In this document: piece after piece, positions 26,297 through 38,702 of the stretch | How positions within the stretch are numbered: position 1 is the stretch's first letter | Layout of the letters: each line of letters starts with the position of its first letter | Notes under the pieces: generated by a model | What the model saw: only the letters and a program-made list of their open reading frames with translations | Told to the model about the DNA's origin: nothing | Database searches by the model: none | Position numbers and translations under genes: made by a program | Source: Eledone cirrhosa | Taxonomy: Eukaryota | DNA length: 64,000 bases | Assembly: GCA_964016885.1 (NCBI GenBank) | Contig: OZ024754.1 | Coordinates: forward strand, 13,516,001-13,580,000 | Direction of reading: 5' to 3'

Positions 26297-26781
26297 AAGT
26301 GATGTGTACACTCTATGGTAGAATTGTCATTCAGAATTTTATCTAAGTAATATAAATGAATTCGGAAAGAAAGCGTTTAAACATTAAAACTAACGGAAGA
26401 AAAATATTAGAACGTCGTGAAAATATAAAAACAAAACGGTAAGTAAATAGAAGAGTGTCTCTTTGAATGCCAATTCGCATAGTTCCGTATAAATGGAAAA
26501 TCTGAACCACTTCACAATTATTATGTCATTGCTTTAGGAAAGAAGATGCAATTAATTCCCTAATCTTAAAATTTCAGCAAGGAAGCCAAGAAATAATGAT
26601 TAGAAGAAAAAGAATTGTAGTATCCTTTTATCTTGAAAGTTCCGATAAATTACTTAAAGACAAAATGAGGAGAAAGGAAAAAAAATCAATTGCATGCGTT
26701 TGTCTTTTATTCTTTTCATTCGAATCGAGATATTCACCTCCATCACCATTAAATAGAAGGTCTCTTCGAAATAAGGCTAAG

Positions 26782-26878
<97 letters not shown>

Positions 26879-26911
26879 ATGTGTGTATATATATGTATAT
26901 ATATATATGTG

Positions 26912-26966
<55 letters not shown>

Positions 26967-26999
26967 ATATATATATAATATATTATGTGTATATATATA

Positions 27000-27030
<31 letters not shown>

Positions 27031-27059
27031 ATTTAAATATATATTATTTATATATATAT

Positions 27060-27094
<35 letters not shown>

Positions 27095-28389
27095 TATATT
27101 ATATATATATACATATATATATAATATATTATATATATATATATATATATGATATATAATATATTATATATATATATTATATATATATATATATATGATA
27201 TATATATTTAAATATATATTATATATATATATCATATATATATATATATATAATATATATTATATATATATATATATATACATGTTTCTTTATATGTATA
27301 TGTATGTATATATGTATATGTATGTTATATATATGTATATATGTATTTGTATGTATATATATATGTATGTATATATATATATATGCTTATATATATACAT
27401 ATATAAACATACTTACATACATACATACTTACATACATACATAATATACATACATACATACATACATACATAATATACATACATATGTTCGATTTCTGTC
27501 ATCTTCTAATGTAGAAATCTCAACGATATTTGTTCTTCTTAATGCTCATTTCGAAGAGGGAATATAATTTTTTATATCCCTTAACGAGAATATTGTATAT
27601 CTGTTATTTACCTTTGTTTATTGTTCCATATTTTCCAAAGAGTAATGTCGTTAATCCTAAATAATATGTTGGATAATCACGTTGGAGATTTTTGGTGGAG
27701 AGGGGGTCATTTATTTATTTATTATTATTTTATTTTATTTTTTTGTTTTGTTTTTTTTTTTGTTTTTTATGGGTTCTTAATGTCAGAATTGGCGATTGGC
27801 AAAATTGGTAGAGCACTGGACTAAATGCCTTATAGTATTTAGTTACATCTCTTTACGATCTGAGTTCGAATTCTGTGGATATAAATTCTGTCTTTCATTT
27901 TCTCAGTCGATAAAATAAAGTACAACTCTAATGCAATTTGTACAATGAGTAAAATGTGATAATTAACCAAAGCATTTTCGCTTACACAGTCTTTGTCAAA
28001 TATATTCAAATATATTCACAAGCATGACCCCGAGTCATATTCTATGTCCAGTGGCTAGTGTGTTGAAATGTCGACATTGTACATGGCAATCATCTGGTTA
28101 AAAATATCTAGGACATACCTATCTAAACTCACAAAAAGATTAAAGCAGACTGTTCAGATATAATTATGAAATGCTGAAACGGAAATGTCTGTACTTTGGT
28201 AGAGATCTTAATAACTTCTGACAAAAACAATTACAGGAAACAGTCAAAACACTCAAAATAATCATAATGTAAAACATAAACATGAAAAGAGTATCAAAAT
28301 ATAATAAAGGGAGGAGTGCGGGACTGTGTCCTGGATATATTTTTTATCCCGTTAATAAAATAAATTAGATTACTTTGAATGAATATAAT

Positions 28390-28479
28390 TGTTTCTACTT
28401 TAGGCACAAGGCCAGCAATTACCCAGTGCATTACTGGTACTTTATTTTATCGACGCCGTAAGGATGAAAGGCGAAGTCA
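28390..28479 (-). mobile_element. 5'-truncated SINE with ~18-bp TSD
   Basis: ACTTTGAATGAATATAAT at 28372-28389 and 28480-28497. Confidence 0.85.
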
Positions 28480-28624
28480 ACTTTGAATGAATATAATGAA
28501 TGAATATTACATAATGTATGTACTAAATTTCATAGCTCTTGATTAGACATGAATATTCTTATATATAATGCTTGCTTATTTTAAGATTCTCTTCTTTTAA
28601 AATTTTCAAATGTCTACACTTCCG

Positions 28625-30539
28625 AGATTCTGCCAGATCGGAGGAAGACCAAAAGAAAAGAGGTGTCATATACCGCCAAATCGACCGACTGGTAAATCGA
28701 AGCTGCCGGCGGGACAAACGTGACTGGCTGGAGAAAAAGGGTGCTGAGGCAGAGGAAGCTGCTGGTCGAAACGACACAAAAGCACTGTTCCGCATCGTGA
28801 GGGAGTTGACAGGAATGTCGAGCGGTGCCAGCATGCCAGTGAAGGACAAAAATGGCAAGACGTTGACCACTGGAGCGGAACAGGAGCAGAGATGGGTGGA
28901 GCACTTCCGGGAGACGCTGAACCAACCAAATCCGGTCGCCCTGATAGACTTGACCGCAGAGACTCCAGCAACCACTGAGGTACTCAAAGTCTGCGAGGAC
29001 CATATCACCAAGCAAGAGACGAGAGATGCGATTAGCCACTTGAGGAACGGCAAAGCAGGCGGACTGGATGAGATCTCTGCTGAGCTGCTCAAATTCGGTG
29101 AGGAGAGCATGATAACGGCGTTGACAGACTTGATGAATCACTACTGGAGGGTTGGTCAGGTTCCCCATTGAGTGGCAGCACGGTGTCATCGTCAAACTGC
29201 CGAAGAAGGGAAACCTGGAAGACTGCAACAACTGGCGTGGTATCACATTGCTGTAAGTCCCAGGCAAGGCGTTCTGCACTGTGCTGCTGCGTCGACTCCG
29301 GCAGGCTGTCGACTCTGTGCTCCAGGAGGAACAAGCCGGCTTCCGAAAAAATCGATCTTGCACAGAACAGATCTTTACACTACGCAACATTATCGAGCAA
29401 TGTGTTGAGCTACAACAACTTTTGGCGGTCAATTTTATTGATTTCCAGAAGGCATTCGACAGTGTACACCGGGATTCGCTGTAGAATGTTGCGCAACTGT
29501 ACGGCATTCCTGAAAGATTCATCGCCATTTTCAACGCCCTGTATGAAAACTCCAGCTGCTGCGTGCGGACTGAGTCCGGTGTGACGGAGTTCTTTGGCAT
29601 TGTCTCCGGAGTCAGACAGGGTTGCATTCTCTCTCCACTGTTGTTCCTGCTGGCAGCCGATTTCGTACTAAGGCGAATGGATGAAGGACCCGGTCGAGGA
29701 ATCCCATAGAGAGGGCAGTCTAGGCTGAGGGACCTGGCATTCGCCGACAACATCGCTTTGATCGCTGAAAACAGTGCAGATCTGCAGGCCCTAACAACAT
29801 CCCTACAAGAGAGTGCGGAAAAGATCGGCCTGAGAATCAACACCAAAAAGACCAAGGTCATGAGAACGGCCAGCAACACAGGTCCCGTGATCAGAGTCAA
29901 CCAACAGGACCTCGAGGAAGTCGATCACTTCACCTATCTGGGCAGCATCCTAACAAGCAGCGGCGACGCGGAGCTCGACATCAACTGTCGGATCGGCAAA
30001 GGAGCCGCAGTTTTCCAGCGGCTGTGCCCAGTCTGGTCGTCTTCATGCATTAGCACCAAGACCAAGCTCCGCCTGTACAAGACCATCGTGCTGCCGACAG
30101 TGCTTTATGCGAGCGAGACATGGAAGAGTACGGCAAAAATAGAGAGAGAGACGGCTGAACGCTTTCCACCAGCGGTGCCTGCGAAAGATCCCTCGTGTTT
30201 CCTGGCGCGACCGAGTGCGAAACGACGAGATCCTGCGGAGAGCCGAGTCGTGGACGCTACAGAGAGGGGTCACGGAGCGTCGGTGCCGTCTGGCTGGCCA
30301 TATTCTGCGTCTGCCAAATGAACAACATTCGAAAACAGCGATGAACTGGACTCCGCCTGGCGGTAAACGGAGGTGGGGTTGCCCAAGGATCACCTGGCAA
30401 CGAACGTTCCAGAAGGGCCTGATGGCAGCCAACATCACCTGGCACGGTCTGGAAGGAGTTGCCGCTGATCGTGACCGTTGGCGAGTACTTACTGCTCGAT
30501 GCGCCGAACGGCGCGGAAGAATCTAAGACTAAGACTAAG
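28625..30539 (+). mobile_element. 5'-truncated, decayed RTE-clade LINE (RT domain)
   Basis: KAGGLDEI, NWRGITLL, QAGFR, DFQKAFDSV, GVRQGCILSP, AFADN (catalytic D lost), FTYLGS, YASETW; several stops and frameshifts; (CTAAGA)3 tail; 9-bp TSD ACACTTCCG at 28616-28624 and 30540-30548. Confidence 0.92.
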
Positions 30540-30655
30540 ACACTTCCGGTTAGCGTCCGTACGCTATATCACATCACTTATATAAACATTCATATATTTG
30601 CATCGTTATATAAGGTTTATATTTCCGTCGCTAATTTTCTCCTTTTTCGTTTTCA

Positions 30656-31073
30656 TTATATTTCACCATGCTTTGCAGCAAAGAGTCACGTCCCTTTATG
30701 ATCTGAGTTCAAATCCCGCCGAGGTTAATTTTGCCTTTCATCCTTACGGGGTCGATAAAATAAAGTACCAGTAATACACTGGTATAATTGCTGGCCTTGT
30801 GCCAAAAGTAGAAACAATTATATTTCACTGTAATGCAGTTTATATATAATATCGTCTTTTTTTAAATATTTCACCATGCTTTACAGCAAAGAGTCACGTC
30901 CCTTTATGATCTGAGTTCAAATCCCGCCGAGGTTAATTTTGCCTTTCATCCTTACGGGGTCGATAAAATAAAGTACCAGTAATACACTAGGATAATTGCT
31001 GGCCTTGTGCCAAAAGTAGAAACAATTATATTTCACTGTAATGCAGTTTATATATAATATCGTCTTTTTTAAA
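30656..31073 (+). mobile_element. Truncated SINE plus 3' flank, tandemly duplicated (~208-bp period)
   Basis: Two near-identical units; the first carries TSD TTATATTTCAC. Confidence 0.85.
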
Positions 31074-31258
31074 TGTATCATGGATTACTTTACTGATTAC
31101 AGAAGAGAGAGTCACACTGTCTCTCTTCAAATTCTGTGCATATTGTCAATTACGATTTTATTTGACATATCATATCTACATGCATATATATGTGTATATA
31201 ATATCAATATGCACACTACACATGCTAGCAGAAAACTATCTGAAGGGTGGTTTTTCTG

Positions 31259-31660
31259 CTAGTAAATAATTGTTTCTACTTTAGGCACAAGGCCAGCAAT
31301 TACCCAGTACATTACTGGTACTTTATTTTATCGACCCCGCAAGGATGAAAGGCAAAGTTAACCTCGGCGGGATTTGAACTCAGACTGTAAAGGGACGTAA
31401 CTATGCTAGAAAGCATGGCGTCCAACCCTCTACCGATACTGCCAATTCTAGTAAATAATTGTTTCTACTTTAGGCACAAGGCCAGCAAATACCCAGTGCA
31501 TTACTGGTACTTTATTTTATCGACCCCGTAAGGATGAAAGGCAAAGTTAACCTCGGCGGGATTTGAACTCAGAAAGGCAAGGGCCGTAACTCTATGCGTC
31601 AAAGCATGGCGTCCGACCCTCTACCGATACTGCCAATCCACCGCCCAATTCTAGTAAATA
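31259..31660 (-). mobile_element. Two head-to-tail SINEs at one target site
   Basis: CTAGTAAATA occurs three times (31259, 31448, 31651), bracketing both copies. Confidence 0.85.
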
Positions 31661-31857
31661 ATAATTGAAGATCTAAGCTCGATAAAATTATGAACAGAAA
31701 CGTAGAAACTATGCCAAGGTTTAGAAGGTTTCACACAGCAAAAGAGGTAGCCGTACGTGACCCAATCCACGTCTTACGCCAGAGTAGGACAACTGGAAGA
31801 ATAGGTTCTTTGCAAATAGCACAGTAAAAACTACAGTTGTCATTCGTAATCGAGTAG

Positions 31858-31987
31858 GACTTTATTTTATCGACCCCGTAAGGATGAAAGGCAAAATTAA
31901 CCTCGGCGGTATTTGAACTTAGAAATGCAAGGGCCGTTACTCTATGCTGCAAAGCATGGCGTCCGACCCTCTACCGATACTGCCAAT
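31858..31987 (-). mobile_element. SINE fragment (head + core)
   Basis: Same family motifs. Confidence 0.8.
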
Positions 31988-32060
31988 AATAATAATAATA
32001 ATGATAATAATGATAATAATAATAATTATTATAACAATGATAACAATAATAATAATAACA

Positions 32061-32595
32061 ATTGGCATCTATGCAAAGTAAACAATTTACCACATTCTGA
32101 GAAGTGGTATGAGCATAAGCCAGAGTCGGTGATAGAAAACGATCAGGTGAAGGTGCTATGGGATTTTAGGATACAGACGAAAAAGAAACTGGAACACAAT
32201 AGGCCTGACCTGGTGGTTTTGGGCAAGGAAAAAAGATCGTACCTGATTGTACATGTAGCCTGCCCATTCGACACGAGAGTGCAAGAGAAGGAGAGGGAGA
32301 AAATTAACCGATACCAGGACTTAAAGTGGGAGTTAAAAAGGATTTGGAACTGCCATGAAATCAAGGCCGTCCCGATTGTCATAGGCGCACTAGGTACTAT
32401 CTCAAGGAGTTTCCATGGTTGGTTAAAGAAAATTAGTCCAGCCCCGCTTTTTGGAACACTTCAAAAGGCATGCTTGCTGGGAACAGCAAGAATCCTCCGA
32501 TACGTCCTGAATATCTGAGGCTGCAGGTAGTGGCTTGATATTCATTTCAACAAACTTTCCAGTTAAATAACATCAATGACTGAGACTCAAAGAGT
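32061..32595 (+). mobile_element. Dong/R4-clade LINE 3' fragment encoding a restriction-like endonuclease, inside (TAA)n
   Basis: KWYEHKPESV, LWDFRIQT, NRPDLVV, VACPFD, EKINRY, VPIVIGALG, LQKACLLGTARILR; (AAT)n on both sides, matching the known Dong target. Confidence 0.88.
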
Positions 32596-32853
32596 AATAA
32601 CAACAATAATAATAATGTATTATTATTATTATTATTATTGAATGCCATGGTTGACGGAGGCTCGGCTCTGTAAGGTATAGTAATTTTTAACCGTTAAAAC
32701 AATTGTAAATTGTTTAAAACTTGAACCAAATTGTTGATAAAGACACCCTCCTCCTCGTGAGAGGGGTCTTTCTGTCCGTTATTTGGCCCTTCGGGGTTAA
32801 ATAACCAGTTATTGGGGTTTTGTACCCAATATTCATTTTAAACAAAAAACAAC

Positions 32854-34956
32854 ATGGCTACGAAAAAGAAATTTCATACGTCACTCCCACTCATTCCGTC
32901 TTCTTCTTCCTCAATCATCACTACAGCAGAGAGAAGATTGTCTCTCTCCCTCCCTTCTTTAAATGTGTCTCTCTCCCTCCCTTCTCTTTCGCAAGTGACG
33001 AAAGAAAAGAAAAGTCTCGTGCAAAGCGTGCAAGGTTTCTCCACGACGACGACGACAGCGACGAAACAGGTGTGCGGGAAATACGAAAACCCAGTTCATT
33101 CGTCTGACGTCAGGAATAATAGCAGTAGCAGCCGTAATAACAACAGCAACAGTGACAATGAAAACAACAGTAGCAGCCGCAACAGCATCACCAGCAGCAT
33201 AAACAACAACAGCATTAGCAGCAGCAACACCAACAACAACCACAGCAACAGCGGCGGAGGCAGTAGTCGTAGTACCTGCAGCAACAACAAAAGTACCAGC
33301 AGCTCTGACGACAACAACAACAGCAGCAGCAGAGAAAAACCAATCTCATTTGCAGGTATTGCGAAAAACTTGGAAACAATCCTCATAACAAATGAGGAAT
33401 TAGAGGAAGCGAAGAAGATGGTGACAAAGAATGGACACCGAGCAATCTGCAAGGCAGCGGAAAAATTTTTCGAAACCCAAGAGCACTGTACGGTCACGTA
33501 CCGTACAGTAAGTACAAAATCCCGTAGGGTGGAAAGAGCCACAGAGGCCCAAATACAAAAAGCCTTGGGGTCTGTGTGGCAGCGGAAAACGCACATCACC
33601 CGAGGCAAAAAATATGCCACCGTAGACGTACTTTTTGCCACACCCCAGGAGGCAAAGGCCCAATCAGTAGTGACCCTAAGGAGCGAGGAAATGGTGTTGG
33701 TGCCCTCCTACTGCGGGCAAAAAATTGTGAGGGTCAAACTGACCCACGTCCTCCCCGGAATGGCCCCTTCTTGGCTGGCCGCGTCTGACCTCGTCGGAAT
33801 CGAGGACAAAACAACTGTACTGCAAGTACAGAAAAAAGTAAGAGAAGATTGGGTAGGCACCTCCATTGAGATGCTAATCCAAACCAACCAGGAGTGCATC
33901 GAAGCTATCCCGGATGTGATAGACTTCGATAACGGCACTCAACTGCCCATAAGTGTTGAGGGCAAACGCCCGAAATGCTTTCGCTGTGGATCGAAGACTC
34001 ACCTCAGGGCCTTCTGCAACGAGAAGACCCTGAGAAAGGAGAAAACCCCCCTCCTTACGAATCCGGCTCCACGGCTACCAGCAACAGGACAAGCGGCAAC
34101 CAGGAACGATAGGTCCGTGGCACCCATACCCACTCCACAGAAATCAAAAACAGCAGCAGCAGTGGAAATATTAACAACAACAACAGCAATACCAAATGCA
34201 GCTGCAACAGAGACTCCAGTGCAAACATCACCAACAACAACAAGTGAAAGAGTGGAGCTGGTACCCCTCCCCGACCTCACAGAATCAGACATGGAGTGTG
34301 AGGTGGGAGAGGGATGGCAAAAGGTCGTAAGAAGGCACAAACGCAGAAGCAGCGCATCGTCGCCTTTGAAAAGGGAGGAAAGAAATGAGAAAAGGGTAAA
34401 GTCTACTGCAAAGAGACCCACAGCAGCAACAACACCAACACCATCACCACCCACACTAGCACCACCATCACCACCGGCGACAACCCCACCGCCAACAACA
34501 CCTTCAACACCACCACCACAAGCACCAACATCGCAAACACAACAACAAAACACACACACCCAGCAACAACGACAAGAAAATAGCAGAACCACACCCCACC
34601 CCCAGAAAAACAAATGCACGGCAATAAATACACACAACAAGAAACTAATGACTTACATAATTGAACACACAGACATTTCACAACAGGACTACATAATACC
34701 AGCACCAATCAAAACGCCAACTAACATAAGACTGCTAAAAATAGCACAGAAACAATACACAAACATTAAAACGAAATTCCCCAACGCAGTTGGTGATTTC
34801 AGGGACCTAGGAGGAACCATCAATCGAAGAGTATATTCAGACATTCTCTTAGAAGAGCCGACGACCAGCCGAAGGGACGATTCAACGGTCCCTTCACCAG
34901 ACGATCAAGTGAAAAGGGATGTAAAAACCATCCCTCCTCTACCAAAAGTACGGTAA
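32854..34956 (+). CDS. Tx1 ORF1 (gag-like nucleic-acid-binding protein, 700 aa)
   Basis: Open 700 aa; CCHC knuckle CFRCGSKTHLRAFC; WQKVVRRHKRR basic motif; Ser/Asn and Pro/Thr low-complexity tracts. Confidence 0.85.
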   Translation: MATKKKFHTSLPLIPSSSSSIITTAERRLSLSLPSLNVSLSLPSLSQVTKEKKSLVQSVQGFSTTTTTATKQVCGKYENPVHSSDVRNNSSSSRNNNSNSDNENNSSSRNSITSSINNNSISSSNTNNNHSNSGGGSSRSTCSNNKSTSSSDDNNNSSSREKPISFAGIAKNLETILITNEELEEAKKMVTKNGHRAICKAAEKFFETQEHCTVTYRTVSTKSRRVERATEAQIQKALGSVWQRKTHITRGKKYATVDVLFATPQEAKAQSVVTLRSEEMVLVPSYCGQKIVRVKLTHVLPGMAPSWLAASDLVGIEDKTTVLQVQKKVREDWVGTSIEMLIQTNQECIEAIPDVIDFDNGTQLPISVEGKRPKCFRCGSKTHLRAFCNEKTLRKEKTPLLTNPAPRLPATGQAATRNDRSVAPIPTPQKSKTAAAVEILTTTTAIPNAAATETPVQTSPTTTSERVELVPLPDLTESDMECEVGEGWQKVVRRHKRRSSASSPLKREERNEKRVKSTAKRPTAATTPTPSPPTLAPPSPPATTPPPTTPSTPPPQAPTSQTQQQNTHTQQQRQENSRTTPHPQKNKCTAINTHNKKLMTYIIEHTDISQQDYIIPAPIKTPTNIRLLKIAQKQYTNIKTKFPNAVGDFRDLGGTINRRVYSDILLEEPTTSRRDDSTVPSPDDQVKRDVKTIPPLPKVR

Positions 34957-34991
34957 GTGGTCTTTCCCATCTGTTCCACTCTATTTTAAAC

Positions 34992-37900
34992 ATGACCTCA
35001 CTCAGAATAGGCAGCATAAATGCGCGTGGCTTGGGGTCGTCATGGAAGCAGGGTCACCTGCTCAACGACCTCAGGTCACTAAACATAGATGTAGTGGCCA
35101 TCAGCGAGACCAGAATCTCCGAAGCACGGGCCTTCGCACCGATCTTCGGCGGCTACGATGTGTACGCATCTCCCAGCCGTCCTGGATCGGGTGGAGGAGT
35201 TGCTGTGCTTTTTCGGAGAGGTTTGGATCTCGCCATACGGGCCATCTTCCTGGACCCAGAGGGTAAGCTGGTGGTGCTGGACGTGACCAGCGGAGACGGG
35301 CAAGCTTTCAGGCTAGTGGCCGTCTATGCCCCGACAGGAGCAGGGCGGCCTGATTTCTTCCGGCGTCTGGAGACCTTTCTTGGAACGTCCCGCTCTTTAG
35401 TGTTAGTGGGCGACTGGAACGGGATCTTAGATGCACGCTGGGACTGTGTGGGATTAGCGGATAGGGGTGGAGGGTGCAAGAGCCTCACCAACCTGCTCAG
35501 GCGTTTTGAACTGTCTGACAGGTACCGATTGGATTTGCCGAATGTGCCAATGTGGACTTGAACAAACCGCATAGGGTCATCCAGATCATATCTAGATAGA
35601 GTATTTTGTAGGGAAATAGATAGGTCTAGCATAGGCTGTCCACAATTCAAGATAGTCAGCTACACGGACCACAAATTCGTGATCTGTGTGCTTGACTTAG
35701 ATAGGCTTCATAGACGAGGACCCGGCTACTGGAAGCTAAACGCGTCCTTACCAGCGCGCAAGGCCTACAGAGACCGGATTAGCGAACTAGTTAAGCGGGC
35801 GTTGACGGGGGCCATCCTCAACAACAAGTGGTGGTTTGCTCTGAAAAGAGCGATTAGAATAGAATCGATTAGGTTTAGTAAGGCTTTAGCAATAGAGAAA
35901 AATAGAGCAGAGGGAGAACTAGTTAGAAAATTAGACGAGGCGCTTAGCAAAGGCATTGCGACCGACGTGCTTGCGGCGAAATTGGCCCTTGACCAATTCT
36001 TCAATGCAAAGCACGAAGGCTGCGTTGTCAGAGCAAGGGTGCGTGCTCTCAGACACGAGGGGACGAAAGCCGTTCAATGGGCCCGAGTGGCGGAGGCGCG
36101 TCGTGGCAACAAAGCCACGATCCGGTATTTGGTGGACCACGACGGGCGCATGCTACTCGATCCCGGGCAAATGTGTGAAGCTTTTCAGCGACACTTCGCT
36201 CAGCTGTTCGGGGGCAGCGGTGGGCCGGGTAGAGGGATGGACTTTAGTGTCTACCTCGACGGACTGCCGCGGCTCTCGGCCACTGAGGCGAAGTGTTGCG
36301 AAAAGCCGATAACAGCCGCTGAAGTAAGGGAGGCAATGACTGGCTGCACAAGGGGTAAATCGCCTGGTTTGGATGGTCTGCCCTATGAACTTTACGTACA
36401 GATGCCAGACTTGTTCGGAGGCCTCTTGGCGGACGTCTACTGCAACTGGCAACAGAACGGGAGAATTCCCAGTTCTGTGAGCCGAGGAGCGGTGGCACTG
36501 CTGAGAAAGGATCCGAACAAGGGGGATAACATAGACAATTTCCGGCCCATAACTCTGCTAAACACAGAGTTCAAGATTTTGGCCAAGGTGCTAGCAAAGA
36601 GGTTGGCGCTTGTCGTTGGTGGTCTGGTGGGAGAGGCGCAGACATGCGCCATTCCCGACAGATCCATCCACGACAACCTCCACCTCATGCGATACATCAT
36701 AGAGAGGGTAGCTAAGGAACCTGGCACGGGTGGGTCCTTGATCAATTTAGATCAGTCGAAAGCTTTCGATAGGGTCGACCATCGTTACCTAGCGGCAGTC
36801 CTGAGGGCGGCTGGCTTTGGGCCCGTCTTCAGAGGCTGGATCGCTGCCATGCACAGCGACATCTGCTCTGTGGTGAGAGTGAACGGTCACCTGTCGGAAC
36901 CGTTCAACATCATGCGCTCGGTCCGCCAAGGATGTCCCCTCTCGTCCCTCTTGTACGTATTGACTCTCGAGCCATTACTGCACAAACTGGAGACGTTGAG
37001 GGGAGTCCCGCGCGAACTAGGATGCGGAAGATCCGTGTCAGCATATGCGGACGATGTCACCGTAGTGGTGTCGAACGCCAAACACATCGAGGCGATCGGC
37101 ACTACACTAAGAGAATACGAAGCGGTGACAGGAGCAATGATCAACCAGGAAAAGTCAGTGGGCCTGCAGCTCGGCACCTGGAGAGGCAGGTCCATGCCGT
37201 CCAACAGCGTCGTCGGACGCTGGACGGACGGACCGGTTAAATTGCTAGGGGTCTGGTTCGGTCCGGACCTCCAGACGGACAAAAACTGGGACGAGGTGAC
37301 GAGCAGGGTGGCTTCTCTCACCCAGAAATGGGCGGAGAGGAAGCTATCCCTGAAAGGTCGAGCGGAGGTGGCTAACGCGTACATCGCGTCTGTCATCTGC
37401 TACCGCCTGACCGTCGTACCTTGTCCTAAGCCTCGCCTGACTGCGCTGGAGCGTTTGCTCTTTCGCTTTTTGTGGAAGGGACGTGCTCCGATGGTCAGGC
37501 GGTCCATCTGTTGTCAACACCCGCTACGTAGAGGGCTGGGCATGCCGTGGCTGATGATGCGCAGGCACGCGCTCAGGCTACGACATCTCCACCTCTTCCT
37601 CGACGGTGATCAGGTGTGGTCGCCGTTTGCTAGGCGCGTATTTCCCCAGCTCGTTTCCTTGACGGAGCTGCAGTCCTGGGTCAAGCGAAGACCGAGAGGG
37701 AGCGCCTGGAGACTGGAATGTCTTCAGGCGCTCACAGCCCTCGACCAATCGGGCAATGTGATCCGTGGAAACTCCACCTCGGCGTTCTATAGAGGATTAG
37801 TGGAGGCTAAGAGCGACGACGTACTTGGGGAAACTCTAGGCGTCGACGAAAATCAACTAGCCAACCTCTTCGGAAGAACTTTCGGGCCGGGGCCTATGGA

Positions 37901-38405
37901 CAACTTCCAGAAATCTCTGGCCTGGCAGTGCTACCGAGGAGCCTTGCCAGTTCGGGATAAACTCTACAGGCATGGAGGTGCCGTCAGCCGGGCATGTCCG
38001 AGATGCGCGCAGGGCGACGAAACCGTCCTGCACGCACTCGTCCAGTGTCCGAAAATTGCTGACTTGTGGGTTTATGTCGAACACCTGCTGTCGCGTTTAG
38101 GACGGATCCGGCTATCATCTGAGTCCATCGTGAGGATTGCCCCGCCCTCCTCCTTTAGCCGGGAAGGGCAGGCAGTTTTTATCTGTCTGGTGGCCATGGC
38201 GAAAGAGATAGTATGGTGGACACGTTTGAAAGGGCTGAAGACGAGCACTTACCTCTTCGGTGATGCTCTGATTGACTTTTTCAAATTTCATTTGAAAAGG
38301 AAAATCAGAGTAGAGAGGGAAGTGCTCTCTTCCCAGCATTTTGTTGAAAGATGGGTGAGAGAAGCAAGAATGGCCCGAGTGAATACTCTGAGTATATATC
38401 TGTAA
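34992..38405 (+). pseudogene. Tx1 ORF2: APE endonuclease + RT + C-terminal zinc finger, with one in-frame TGA at 35559-35561
   Basis: SINARGL, SETR, VYAP, GDWN, (WT*) then SYLDR and TDHK in the same frame as 35679..38405; KSPGLDG, RPITLLN, DQSKAFDRV, RQGCPLS, YADD, CPRC-x8-H-x4-C. Confidence 0.92.
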
Positions 38406-38653
38406 ATTAAAGGTGGAAAACTGGGAGAGGGCACTTGCCTTGGTGGTCAGGGTCATTGTGGCTTTTTGCTGGGCTTTCTCCACAAATGTCCCTCCGAAGT
38501 CTGCCCCCTATTGGGGAATTTTTCATTGTTATTTTTTGTTACATCCTCTGTTTTTGTTTTTTACACGCAGAAATGCCCATTTGTACCGTCCTGCATTGTC
38601 CTGCACTGTCCTTAATGTCTACTTTATGTAAACCCTTGTGGTTAATAAAGAAA

Positions 38654-38702
<49 letters not shown>

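Larger units (their letters stand above)
32640..38655 (+). mobile_element. Full-length L1/Tx1-clade non-LTR retrotransposon inserted in (ATT)n
   Basis: ~214-bp 5' UTR, ORF1, 35-bp spacer, ORF2, 3' UTR with AATAAA 38644-38649; (ATT)n directly on both flanks. Confidence 0.92.
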
